Shown piece by piece: positions 41,200-52,528 of a DNA stretch of 64,000 bases (within the stretch, counting starts at the first letter, position 1; every line of letters begins with the position of its first letter). The notes beneath the pieces were generated by a model. The model was not told the DNA's origin and ran no database searches. It worked only from the letters and a program-made list of their open reading frames with translations. The translations under genes were made by a program, and so were the position numbers. Source of the DNA: SAR86 cluster bacterium (GTDB taxonomy: Bacteria; Pseudomonadota; Gammaproteobacteria; Magnimaribacterales; Magnimaribacteraceae); NCBI GenBank assembly GCA_016777005.1, contig JADHSF010000001.1, forward strand, positions 105,029-169,028, given 5' to 3'.

Positions 41200-41607
41200 T
41201 TAGTCTTTAAGAGGTTTTACGTATAAAACCATACTGTGATCTATAATTTCGTAACCTTCTTCTTCGGCAAGTATTTTTTGCCTTTCTTCGATCAAGTCAT
41301 CTGAAAACTCAATAACATCACCAGTATCTAGACACACCATATGATCATGATGATCTGAAGGGGTTAATTCATATACAGCATGACCTTCTTCAAAATTATG
41401 CCTTATACAAATTCCAGCTTGTTCGAATTGAGTAAGAACCCTGTACACAGTTGCAAGACCTACTTCTTCACCAGCATCAATTAAACGTCTATATATTTCT
41501 TCAGCACTAAGGTGAGACTTGTCTCCATCTTCAAGAAGTTCAAGAATTCTAAGTCTTGGCAGAGTTACCTTTAAGCCAGCTTTTTTTAATTCTGCGTCGT
41601 CAGTCAA
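41200..41607 (-). CDS. fur: Ferric uptake regulator
   Basis: LKKAGLKVTLPRL, GLATVYRVL and HHDHMVC motifs. Confidence 0.97.
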   Translation of the reverse strand: MTDDAELKKAGLKVTLPRLRILELLEDGDKSHLSAEEIYRRLIDAGEEVGLATVYRVLTQFEQAGICIRHNFEEGHAVYELTPSDHHDHMVCLDTGDVIEFSDDLIEERQKILAEEEGYEIIDHSMVLYVKPLKD

Positions 41608-41683
41608 TTTAATTACCTTTTAATTATGTAAGCATAAGTTAGAGTTGCTATTATAATGTCCAAAACTCCTTAATAGAAAATAA

Positions 41684-42013
41684 ATGAGAAAAAATTTATC
41701 AATTGCTCTTCTAACGGCCTCAACACTCTTAATTGCTAGCTGCAGCTTACCAAGAACATATCAAGTAGTAATCAGCCAAGGTAACCTTGTAGATCAAGAA
41801 ATGATTGATAAATTAGAAATTGGCATGACGGAGTCTCAAGTAAAATTTGTAATGGGAACTCCATTAATATCAGACACTTTTTCTCCTAATCGATGGGATT
41901 ATTTTACTTCTGTAACACAAGGGGAAACGATTTATACAAAACAAAAAATTACACTGTTCTTCAAGGACAAAGCATTACTTAGATGGGATGGTGAAATTGT
42001 CTCTAATGAATAG
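41684..42013 (+). CDS. bamE: Outer membrane lipoprotein BamE (OmlA/SmpA)
   Basis: Lipobox IASC; QGN, GMT..QV...GTP and RWDY motifs; divergent from fur. Confidence 0.95.
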   Translation: MRKNLSIALLTASTLLIASCSLPRTYQVVISQGNLVDQEMIDKLEIGMTESQVKFVMGTPLISDTFSPNRWDYFTSVTQGETIYTKQKITLFFKDKALLRWDGEIVSNE

Positions 42014-42014
42014 C

Positions 42015-43358
42015 CTAGATAAAGAAGTATAGAAAAACACAACTCACCATGACAGGTGATACATATCGAATACTGAAATACCAGAACCTAAAAATAAAAT
42101 TTTCCTCAACGTCCAGTTCATTCAAGACATGTTCTTTTTTCATTACCCAGCCCACAAAGACGGCAATAAAAATACCACCAAGAGGCAGCATGATCTGATT
42201 GGTTAAGAAATCAGTAGCATCAAAAAAGTTTCTTCCAAAAATTGTAAACTCAGACAGAAGATTAAATGACAATGCACTAAAAAGACCTATAAACCAGGCC
42301 AAGAAGCCTAAAATTATAGTAGCTGTAATTCTTTTAATCTTTAAAGATTCAATTAACCAAGCCACTCCTGGTTCTATGAGTGATATAGAGGAACTCAAGG
42401 CTGCTATGCTTAATAAAATAAAGAATAATGTTCCAAAAAAAACACCTAACGGCATAGAGCTAAAAGCAATAGGTAGGGTTACAAAAACTAGTCCCGGACC
42501 CTCTGATGCGGTCAAGCCATTTGCAAAGACTATAGGGAAAATTGCTATTCCAGCCAGCAAAGCAACTCCTGTATCCAAAGCAGCAACGGAAATAGCCGTT
42601 TTTCCAATATTTTGGTCAGCCGGCATATAGGCTCCGTAGGCCATAATAGCTCCCATTCCTAGGCTTAGAGTAAAAAATGCCTGCCCAAGGGCCTCCAACA
42701 TAACTTCAGGTGTAATTTTACTGAAGTCAGGTTTAAAAAGGTAAGTAAGACCTTCAAGAAATGCTCCTGTTGTTGTTGCGTAGAGGCAAAGCATAAGTAC
42801 GATTACAAACAACATTGGCATTAGAGTATTTATCCACTTCTCAAGACCATCCAGTATTCCTCTAGCAACAATAAAAACGGTAACCGATATAAAAAGGGTA
42901 TGCCAAAAAATTAATGAAGATGGATTAGAGAGAAGACTATTGAAACTCTCTGTAGAGCTCTCAGGAGTTATATTTTGAAACCCATTGAATACATATGACA
43001 GAGCCCAACCAGCGGCAACACTATAAAAAGAAAGGATTAATAATCCAGCTAGTGCTCCAGTGGCTCCCAGTAAAGTCCATGCCTTGGTAGTATTAGCCTC
43101 AATTGCAAGGTTTTTCATAGTATTGGCAGGACTACTTCTACCCCTTCTTCCTATCATGATTTCACCAAGCATAATTGGTAAACCGATAACGGCAATACAG
43201 GCTAGATAAACCAGAACAAAAGCTCCTCCTCCATTATCACCTGCCATATAGGGAAACTTCCATATATTCCCAAGACCAACTGCTGATCCTGTAGCGGCTA
43301 AAATAAAAGTCCAACGGCTCGACCATGTTCCATGAATAGATTTTTTTTCTTCTAGCAT
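42015..43358 (-). CDS. Sodium-dependent transporter, NSS/SNF family
   Basis: GSAVGLGNIWKFPY, GGGAF, GQAFFTLSLG and GPGLVF motifs. Confidence 0.95.
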   Translation of the reverse strand: MLEEKKSIHGTWSSRWTFILAATGSAVGLGNIWKFPYMAGDNGGGAFVLVYLACIAVIGLPIMLGEIMIGRRGRSSPANTMKNLAIEANTTKAWTLLGATGALAGLLILSFYSVAAGWALSYVFNGFQNITPESSTESFNSLLSNPSSLIFWHTLFISVTVFIVARGILDGLEKWINTLMPMLFVIVLMLCLYATTTGAFLEGLTYLFKPDFSKITPEVMLEALGQAFFTLSLGMGAIMAYGAYMPADQNIGKTAISVAALDTGVALLAGIAIFPIVFANGLTASEGPGLVFVTLPIAFSSMPLGVFFGTLFFILLSIAALSSSISLIEPGVAWLIESLKIKRITATIILGFLAWFIGLFSALSFNLLSEFTIFGRNFFDATDFLTNQIMLPLGGIFIAVFVGWVMKKEHVLNELDVEENFIFRFWYFSIRYVSPVMVSCVFLYFFI

Positions 43359-43359
43359 T

Positions 43360-43845
43360 TTAATTGTAGATTTCGATAGGATTAGTGTAAGGATTCAGCC
43401 AATAAACTAAGATTAACATAAGACAAATACACAAGATAATGCTTATTTTATTAATCAGATCTACATAATTTTTGTTTAAAGTCTTAGTGATTGAAGTGAC
43501 ATATTGGAAATGCCTTGAAGCATAGACTGCACATAATAAGAAACTTATTCCCCAAATAGGAGTAACAAAGAAGGTCAAAACTCCACCGACTATTGCAAAA
43601 AGAACTGGCATCAAGGAAATGTAAGTAAGCTTAGAAGCTAATACATTTTTCTTGCCTTTGATAGACCAGATATTTCCAAACAAAAAGAATAACAAAACAG
43701 AAAAATATAATTGCGCAAGGTGTGCCAAGACCATTGCTAAGTTATCGGGTGTAAACCACAAAGATGCTGTTAAAACAATTAAAGGTGCAATTGATATATA
43801 CGATATTCCCTTAATGGATCTAAATAAAACGTCTTCATCTTTCAT
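43360..43845 (-). CDS. Small membrane protein, possibly DUF3429-like
   Basis: About 5 TM helices; LYFSVLLFFLFGNIW resembles the DUF3429 Y..vILSFLGG..W motif. Confidence 0.5.
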   Translation of the reverse strand: MKDEDVLFRSIKGISYISIAPLIVLTASLWFTPDNLAMVLAHLAQLYFSVLLFFLFGNIWSIKGKKNVLASKLTYISLMPVLFAIVGGVLTFFVTPIWGISFLLCAVYASRHFQYVTSITKTLNKNYVDLINKISIILCICLMLILVYWLNPYTNPIEIYN

Positions 43846-43883
43846 GTCTGCTACAATTTTATAACAAAGTTTATACTCGAGTT

Positions 43884-44357
43884 GTGGGAAAAAAGAAAAA
43901 GAAAGCTGAAAACTCTATTTCAGAAAACAGAAAAGCAAGATTTGATTTTGAGATATCAAGTAAATTTGAGGCAGGCTTGTCCTTACTGGGATGGGAAACT
44001 AAAAGTATCAGAGAAAATAATGCTCAAATAGCCGAGGCCTATACGCTCTTAAAAGATGGTGAAGCTTGGTTAATAGGTTGTTACATAGACCCACTTAAAA
44101 ATAGCAATTTATCTATGGATCCAACAAGATCAAGAAAACTATTACTGAACAGAAAGGAGTTAAATGAGATTATCAAATCTACATCTCAAAAAGGTAATAC
44201 TTGCATTCCTACAAAACTTTACTGGAAAAATGGTCTCATAAAATGCGAAATAGCTTTAGCAGTAGGAAAGAAGGCTCAAGACAAAAGAAATACAATTAAA
44301 TCAAGGGATTGGGACCGTCAAAAAGCCCAAGAACTTAGAGAAAGAAACAAAAATTAG
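43884..44357 (+). CDS. smpB: SsrA-binding protein
   Basis: NRKARFDF, EAGL.L.GWE.KSIR and R.RKLLL motifs; adjacent to tmRNA. Confidence 0.97.
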   Translation: MGKKKKKAENSISENRKARFDFEISSKFEAGLSLLGWETKSIRENNAQIAEAYTLLKDGEAWLIGCYIDPLKNSNLSMDPTRSRKLLLNRKELNEIIKSTSQKGNTCIPTKLYWKNGLIKCEIALAVGKKAQDKRNTIKSRDWDRQKAQELRERNKN

Positions 44358-44397
44358 AGAAGTTTCTTAAGGAAAGGTATACTTCGCTAGCTTTTTT

Positions 44398-44752
44398 GGG
44401 GGCGAACTGGCTTCGACAATAGATATAAACCCTCAAGTGCATGTCGAGAAGGTAGTAATTCTCGTTAATAAATTGCTGCAAACTTGTTAGTTGGCGAAAA
44501 CGCAGACTACGCTCTAGCCGCTTAATTGGCTAGCTGTCCTTGGTAACGTGCTCGTGCGCCTCCAAAGACAGACGATTTCACGAGATGCTGAAATTATTCT
44601 TCTCATTAATAATTTCTTAAGAATAAATTGAGATCGTCTTTTGAACCCTGTTTATCGGGCGAAAAAAGATCAAATTAATAGATAAAACTAAACATGTAGA
44701 TCTTGTGGCAGAGTACTAATGGACGCGGGTTCAATTCCCGCCGCCTCCACCA
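44398..44752 (+). ncRNA. ssrA: tmRNA
   Basis: 5' GGGGGCGAACTGGCTTCGAC and 3' GGGTTCAATTCCCGCCGCCTCCACCA with a G3-U acceptor pair. Tag ORF 44493-44525 encodes GENADYALAA*. TATACT -10 at 44378-83. Confidence 0.97.
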
Positions 44753-44771
44753 AAAGTGCTATCATATTTTC

Positions 44772-45257
44772 ATGGTAGAACAACAAATTCTCATAACAAT
44801 AGCTACGCTTGCTGTAACTTTAGCCGGGTTTTCAGGTGTAGTTGGTATTTTTTCTAAAGAAATTTCTGATGTTAAAAGTTATAAGCTAGAAACTTTATTA
44901 TTTCAAAGTGGTGTGGCCTTATTTGCTTCTCTAACTGCTTTAATTGCTTCTCAGGTCGGAGGAGGTCTTAAGAGTGAGGAGGAGTTTAGAGAATTTTGGA
45001 TCATCTCTAGTTGGATTTATATAAGCATTACAGTAATCGCCTTAATTTTTGCAACTATCGACATAATCAGAAAGGAAAGTTATAAAAAGATTAATTACAA
45101 TATTCTATTTTATTTTTCTTTCTTCATTGTAATAGCGCTGCTAATTTTTAATGCACTATATGTTCAAGATGCTTATTTATTTCATATAGCTTTGGAGATA
45201 AACCTAGCTTTTGCATTCGTGTCTTTTTACACTCTAGTAATGCCACCAAAAGGATAA
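44772..45257 (+). CDS. Hypothetical membrane protein (about 5 TM)
   Basis: Start moved to the ATG at 44772 because the track start lies inside the tmRNA; IATLAVTLAGFSGVV hydrophobic N-terminus. Confidence 0.75.
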   Translation: MVEQQILITIATLAVTLAGFSGVVGIFSKEISDVKSYKLETLLFQSGVALFASLTALIASQVGGGLKSEEEFREFWIISSWIYISITVIALIFATIDIIRKESYKKINYNILFYFSFFIVIALLIFNALYVQDAYLFHIALEINLAFAFVSFYTLVMPPKG

Positions 45258-45288
45258 AGTAATAATAAAGATTGGGTCTTCTTTAGTT

Positions 45289-45915
45289 TCAAATACTAAA
45301 AGTCTGCCTAAGGCCTTCAATAACGAACTCAATAGCTAGTGCACCCAGTAATAGTCCAAAAGTTCTTTGCAAGGCTGATGAAATTGATGTCGGTAATCTC
45401 TTTGCTATCTTTCCTGAAGCCCACAAACTAATAGCATTAAGAAACAAAACTATAATGATAGGACTAAATCCTATAATTTGATTTTCAATAGAATTTCCAG
45501 ATTTCTCAGAAAGCAACATAACCAAAGTTATAGCCCCTGGTCCTGCCATTAAAGGAATGGCTAATGGAAATGTGGCTAGTGAAGAAAGCTCCTCATCATC
45601 CATTGCCTCCTCAACTGTTTCTTCTCTTCTTTTCTGCCTTTGTTCAAATACCATCTGATATGCAATAATCATTAAGAACATGCCTCCAACTATCCTAAAG
45701 GAGTTAATATTTATTCCCATCAATTGAAGTAAAGCACTTCCAAACAACCAAAATACAAGCAAAATACCAAAGGCTGTTAATGTACTTCTAAGACATAGAG
45801 TTATTAAATCTTTTTTGTTCAACCCTTGGGTAAAACTAGCAAAGATTGGCAATATAGTAATTGGATCAATAGCTACAAAGATTAAAACAAAATTTTCTAA
45901 AAAGAGATTTAACAT
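45289..45915 (-). CDS. MarC family membrane protein
   Basis: IDP...PIF, FRIVGG, FPLAIPLMAGPG and R.FGLLL motifs. Confidence 0.93.
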   Translation of the reverse strand: MLNLFLENFVLIFVAIDPITILPIFASFTQGLNKKDLITLCLRSTLTAFGILLVFWLFGSALLQLMGININSFRIVGGMFLMIIAYQMVFEQRQKRREETVEEAMDDEELSSLATFPLAIPLMAGPGAITLVMLLSEKSGNSIENQIIGFSPIIIVLFLNAISLWASGKIAKRLPTSISSALQRTFGLLLGALAIEFVIEGLRQTFSI

Positions 45916-45919
45916 GCTA

Positions 45920-46792
45920 TCAAGGCCTGCCTAGCCCTGGTACATCTACTTCTACGATTTCTATCTTGCCTGATTTTTCTCTTAAAGCAGAATCAGGATC
46001 TACCCCTGAAGCATTAGAAGTACAGATAAATAAAGTTTTAAGGTCATCTCCACCGAGCATACATGCGTATGCATTAGTTTCTACAGGTATACTTTCCAGT
46101 ATCCCTCCGCCTTCTTTTACTCTAATAACCTCTGCAGTTGAAGGAGAAGCAACCCAAATTGCTCCTTCGGCGTCTAAACATATTCCATCTGGAACAGGAA
46201 CATTCCCATCGTCAACACTGTTAGTTAAATCAGCCCAAACTCGTCTGTTTGATAATGAAGCATCATCATTAATATCAAATGCCATTAATTTAGCAGCGTA
46301 TGTCTCTCCCACTATTAACGTTTTTCCATCTTCAGTAATAACAGTGCCATTCGGAAACATAAGATCATCAGCGGCTACACAAGGTTCTTCGCCAGGTCGA
46401 ACTAAAATAAGATTAGTTGATTTAACTTCTTCTCCTGCATAAGTATTAAAGCCAAAATTACCTATATATGCATTTCCATGAACATCAACAACCATATCAT
46501 TACAGTGGAAACCAGCTAGCTCGCTTAAATCAGCCATTTCTTCTAAAACATTATCTTTAAAGCTAAGTAGCTTTCTGTCTTTCATTGAAACGATAAGCAT
46601 CGTCCCATCTGGCAACCAACCTAATCCGGAAGGTTGATTGGGGACTTCCACAATTACATCGTAATTTCCATTAAGATCTAAGGCATAAACCTTATGGCTA
46701 TAAAAATCAGAGAAATAGAACTTATTCTGATACCATCTTGGGCCTTCTCCGAAAGTCAGGCCATCCATTAATGTTTTAAGTTTTCTTTCCAT
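45920..46792 (-). CDS. SMP-30/gluconolactonase family protein
   Basis: FGEGPRW, CNDMVVD, FPNG and PDGICLDAEG motifs. Confidence 0.93.
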   Translation of the reverse strand: MERKLKTLMDGLTFGEGPRWYQNKFYFSDFYSHKVYALDLNGNYDVIVEVPNQPSGLGWLPDGTMLIVSMKDRKLLSFKDNVLEEMADLSELAGFHCNDMVVDVHGNAYIGNFGFNTYAGEEVKSTNLILVRPGEEPCVAADDLMFPNGTVITEDGKTLIVGETYAAKLMAFDINDDASLSNRRVWADLTNSVDDGNVPVPDGICLDAEGAIWVASPSTAEVIRVKEGGGILESIPVETNAYACMLGGDDLKTLFICTSNASGVDPDSALREKSGKIEIVEVDVPGLGRP

Positions 46793-46806
46793 AAATCTCT
46801 CCTTCT

Positions 46807-47805
46807 TTATTGTGTAAGCGTTTCATCCACAAGCACCATTACATCATCAACTTCTATTTTCTGAAGGTCTTCTTGGGAAATAATTTGTGCTCTATCGGAC
46901 CAAGGTTTCCAATTCACAGGGTTACTTGGCCCAAATAAAGTTATCGACTCTTTATTTACTGACGCTGCGATATGGGATGCCACGGAATCTAAGCCAATGA
47001 AAAATTTAGAACCATTTATTAAAGCTGCTAAACCCAAAAGGCTTGTTTTGCCGGCAAGATTTAATACTTGTTTATCAACAATATCGGCTTTTCCTAATAT
47101 GTCTTCTACATAACTTATCTCGTGAGGATCTGGACCTGAAGTGATAACAATCGAAAGACCTTTTCTAAGTAAAAGGTTAATTAGTTGCCCAAACTTTTCT
47201 TTATCCCATAATTTTTTCTCTCGTCTTGATGTTGGATGGATTAAACAATAAGAATTTTCTTGGTTCAGAAAGGGGAAAGAATCACAGAGAGCTTTATATT
47301 CGATATCTAAATGCTTAGGGTTAAGAGTTAAGTTTTCATTAAATATCTTGAGTCCTAAACTTTCTAAAGCTAGTAGATTTCTTTGAACAATATGTTTTTC
47401 TAAAGCCTCAGGGAATATTACAGAGAAAGATTTAGTCCAAAGATTTTTTCTTCTTTTTTTGTCATCTACTGCCGCTTTCATTGCTTTACCTATTGACCAG
47501 CTTATAGGAACGACCCTCCATTGAGTGGTCAAAAAGAATGCATAATCATAATTTCTAGTATTAATTTTCTTCCAAAGTCTTATCTCTTTTTTAACCTTTT
47601 TATAAATATTTTCTTTTGATGAGGCTTCTATTTCAATAATTTCAGAGACATTATCTTCTTGTTCTAAAATAGAACCTGTTCCCTTATATACCAAAAGATC
47701 TATTTCACTATCAGGATCATTTAGTTTTATGTTGTCTAGCATAGGTTTAGTGAGTAGTACATCACCATGAAATCGCAGTATTACAATTAAATACTTATTA
47801 GACAT
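46807..47805 (-). CDS. GT9 glycosyltransferase, RfaQ/WaaQ (LPS heptosyltransferase III)-like
   Basis: RFHGDVLLT.P, IHPTSR, LAGKTSL and FIGLDS..HIAA..LFGPS...WKPW motifs. Confidence 0.88.
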   Translation of the reverse strand: MSNKYLIVILRFHGDVLLTKPMLDNIKLNDPDSEIDLLVYKGTGSILEQEDNVSEIIEIEASSKENIYKKVKKEIRLWKKINTRNYDYAFFLTTQWRVVPISWSIGKAMKAAVDDKKRRKNLWTKSFSVIFPEALEKHIVQRNLLALESLGLKIFNENLTLNPKHLDIEYKALCDSFPFLNQENSYCLIHPTSRREKKLWDKEKFGQLINLLLRKGLSIVITSGPDPHEISYVEDILGKADIVDKQVLNLAGKTSLLGLAALINGSKFFIGLDSVASHIAASVNKESITLFGPSNPVNWKPWSDRAQIISQEDLQKIEVDDVMVLVDETLTQ

Positions 47806-47821
47806 TATTAGATATTGTTAC

Positions 47822-47850
47822 TTGACACCCTGTTATTCAGAATGCATTAT
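47822..47850 (+). promoter_or_regulatory. Sigma70 promoter of rpsT
   Basis: TTGACA, 17-nt spacer, CATTAT, followed by a GC-rich discriminator. Confidence 0.65.
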
Positions 47851-47878
47851 GCTCGCCTCTCAGTGATATACAAGATTA

Positions 47879-48135
47879 ATGGCAAATATTAAATCAGCAA
47901 TAAAAAGAGCTAGACAGAACGTCAAAAGGAATGCTCTCAAAAGCTCCCAAAGAGCTTCAACCAGAACAGCAGTCAAAGCTGTACTCGGTGCTATAGAAGA
48001 AAAGAATAAAGATACAGCTAAAGAAGCACTAGCCACAGCTGAAAAAACACTTGATGCGATGGCCGGTAAAAAGGTGATTTCTAAAAATAAAGCCTCAAGA
48101 ACGAAATCTAGACTCTCAAAAAAAGTTAAAGCACT

Positions 48136-48139
<4 letters not shown>
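47879..48139 (+). CDS. rpsT: 30S ribosomal protein S20
   Basis: MANIKSAIKRARQ and KNKASR.KSRL motifs. Confidence 0.97.
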
Positions 48140-50272
<2,133 letters not shown>

Positions 50273-50296
50273 TTATTGAGAAGGAGGTTCTGCCTT

Positions 50297-50554
50297 TTAG
50301 ACAGGCTCTACATTGACGAACTGTCTTAACTTGGGACCTTTCTTGATAAAAGAAACCGTACCATCCACCTTTGAGAAAAGTGTGTGATCTTTTCCACAAC
50401 CTACATTTTTCCCAGGGTGAAATTTAGTACCTCTTTGTCTTACTATGATTGAACCAGCAGAGATGGTTTGTCCACCAAAACTCTTCACGCCCAATCTTTT
50501 AGAATTGGAATCTCTTCCGTTCCTACTACTTCCACCTGCTTTTTTATGTGCCAT
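50297..50554 (-). CDS. rpmA: 50S ribosomal protein L27
   Basis: [16 protein letters not shown] start. Confidence 0.98.
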   Translation of the reverse strand: MAHKKAGGSSRNGRDSNSKRLGVKSFGGQTISAGSIIVRQRGTKFHPGKNVGCGKDHTLFSKVDGTVSFIKKGPKLRQFVNVEPV

Positions 50555-50566
50555 GTTATCTTTTAT

Positions 50567-50878
50567 TTACGAACTTATCGATTCGATCTTAATTTCACTA
50601 AAGTTTTGTCTATGACCGTAAGTTCTTCTGTAATCTTTTCTTCTTTTCATCTTGAAGACACGTATTTTATCATGCTTACCGTTAGTAACGAGTTTAGCAG
50701 TTACTTTTGCATTTTCTACATAAGGACTGCCAATTTTTGAATCTGCCCCATTAGAAATCATTAACACTTTATCAAATTCAATTGTCGAACCTTCTTCTAC
50801 AGATAAAAGTTCTACTTTCAAGCTTTCGCCTTCTGTAACAGTGTGTTGCTTTCCTCCGCTCTCAATTACGGCAAACAT
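50567..50878 (-). CDS. rplU: 50S ribosomal protein L21
   Basis: [11 protein letters not shown] and GHRQ motifs. Start moved to 50878 (GGAG SD). Confidence 0.97.
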   Translation of the reverse strand: MFAVIESGGKQHTVTEGESLKVELLSVEEGSTIEFDKVLMISNGADSKIGSPYVENAKVTAKLVTNGKHDKIRVFKMKRRKDYRRTYGHRQNFSEIKIESISS

Positions 50879-50909
50879 ATTTTCTCCAATCACGAATTTA
50901 GGGATGTGC

Positions 50910-50938
50910 ACTATACGAAAAAGATGAACTAATCGCAA
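50910..50938 (-). promoter_or_regulatory. Sigma70 promoter of rplU-rpmA
   Basis: Minus strand TTGCGA, 17-nt spacer, TATAGT. Confidence 0.7.
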
Positions 50939-50982
50939 TATAATTCCATGAATTACTCTTCTTAATTTAAAATAGCTGGACT

Positions 50983-51948
50983 ATGGAATTAATCTATAAA
51001 CAGTTACTCGCTAATGAATTAGATTCTTTAGAAGCAAACCTGGTGGAATCAATAAGCTCAGAAATTAAACTAGCAAGCGAAGTATCAAATCATCTTGTAA
51101 GTTCAGGAGGAAAAAGAATAAGGCCTGTTGTGTGTATTTTGATTGCCAAAGCTTTTAGTTATCAAGGGCAAGATCTCATAAAGCTGGCAAGTTCTATTGA
51201 ACTGCTTCATTCAGCCACGCTCATACATGATGATGTGGTAGACCAAAGTCTAATCAGAAGAGGCAAACAAAGTATTCACACTAAATGGGATAATGCTCAC
51301 GGTGTGTTAGTGGGAGATTTTGTTTACTCTAAGGCATTTCAATTAATGGCTAGTTTTGAAAATCCAAAGATTATCAGAACTCTTGCTAACTCTACAAATA
51401 GAATTTCTGAAGGAGAAGTCCTCCAGCTTGCTTTAAAAAATAGAGAAATTTTAACCGAAAAAGAATATTTTGAAATAATCGATAGAAAAACTGCAGAGCT
51501 TTTTAAATCAGCAGCTCTAACTGCGGGAATTCTTTCTTCTTGTTCAGAAAATCAGCTTTCTGGTTTAGCTAAATTTGCCACCTCCTTAGGAATAAGCTTT
51601 CAAATTCAAGACGATATTCTTGATTATTTTGGAAATGAGAGTCTTACAGGAAAACGTATCGGCAAAGATTTTGAAGAAGGTAAATTTACCCTTCCTGTTC
51701 TGATAGCTCTAAAAAATATGGACTCTAATGAAAGAGATATTTTTTTAAAATTATTTGAAAACGGTGAAAAAGAATCCTTTCCTGAGGTCTTGCAAATGCT
51801 TAGCACTTCAAATATTCGTGAAGAAATTGATAAAACATTTAATTATTATTCAGATATATGCAAAGAAGAGATTAAAGGTATACCTGATAACGAATACAAG
51901 ACAGCATTAGAACAAATTGTCTCTAATCTGAACTCAAGATTAACTTAA
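50983..51948 (+). CDS. ispB: Polyprenyl (octaprenyl) diphosphate synthase
   Basis: GGKRIRP, HDDVVD..RRG and FQIQDDILD motifs; divergent from rplU. Confidence 0.92.
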   Translation: MELIYKQLLANELDSLEANLVESISSEIKLASEVSNHLVSSGGKRIRPVVCILIAKAFSYQGQDLIKLASSIELLHSATLIHDDVVDQSLIRRGKQSIHTKWDNAHGVLVGDFVYSKAFQLMASFENPKIIRTLANSTNRISEGEVLQLALKNREILTEKEYFEIIDRKTAELFKSAALTAGILSSCSENQLSGLAKFATSLGISFQIQDDILDYFGNESLTGKRIGKDFEEGKFTLPVLIALKNMDSNERDIFLKLFENGEKESFPEVLQMLSTSNIREEIDKTFNYYSDICKEEIKGIPDNEYKTALEQIVSNLNSRLT

Positions 51949-52005
51949 TTTTTTTATCACTATTTTGATGTATCATTAAGTTTTTAAAATTAAAAATACA
52001 AAGAA

Positions 52006-52527
52006 ATGTCTTTCTCGCCAAAAAGCAACTACAACAAAGAAGAAATACTAGATTGTGCTGAAGGTAATCTTTTTGGCCAAGAAAATGGCAGACTTCCGAC
52101 TCCCAATATGCTCATGTTTGACCGCATCACAGAAATCAATACTGACGGAGGTAAGTTTTCAAAGGGTGAGATTATCGCTGAATTAGACATCAATCCTGAT
52201 CTATGGTTTTTTGATTGTCATTTTAAAGGTGATCCTGTAATGCCTGGTTGTTTAGGTCTCGATGCTATGTGGCAGCTGGTAGGTTTCCATTTATGCTGGC
52301 TAGGCAAGCCCGGTCGCGGAAGAGCCCTTGGTGCATCCGAGGTCAAATTTTTTGGGCAAGTATTACCAACTGCAAAGCTTGTGACAATTAAAATTGATAT
52401 CAAAAGAATACTTAATCTCGATCTTACAGTTGGAATAGGTGAAGGATCCATGCTTGTAGATGGAAGAGAAATTTACAGCGCCAAAGGACTTAAAGTGGGT
52501 TTATTTCAAGATACCTCTAGTTTTTGA
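52006..52527 (+). CDS. fabA: 3-hydroxydecanoyl-ACP dehydratase/isomerase
   Basis: [25 protein letters not shown] motif. Confidence 0.97.
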   Translation: MSFSPKSNYNKEEILDCAEGNLFGQENGRLPTPNMLMFDRITEINTDGGKFSKGEIIAELDINPDLWFFDCHFKGDPVMPGCLGLDAMWQLVGFHLCWLGKPGRGRALGASEVKFFGQVLPTAKLVTIKIDIKRILNLDLTVGIGEGSMLVDGREIYSAKGLKVGLFQDTSSF

Positions 52528-52528
52528 T

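Noticed and set aside
44703-44771. ORF-track N-terminus MWQSTNGRGFNSRRLHQ
   Set aside because: This is a translation of the tmRNA 3' arm; the likely start is ATG 44772.
44398-47805. Prophage or genomic island integrated at ssrA
   Set aside because: No integrase, phage genes or repeat of the tmRNA 3' end nearby. The CCTCCACCA near 38322-38330 lies antisense to Gly codons of dnaJ and is coincidental.
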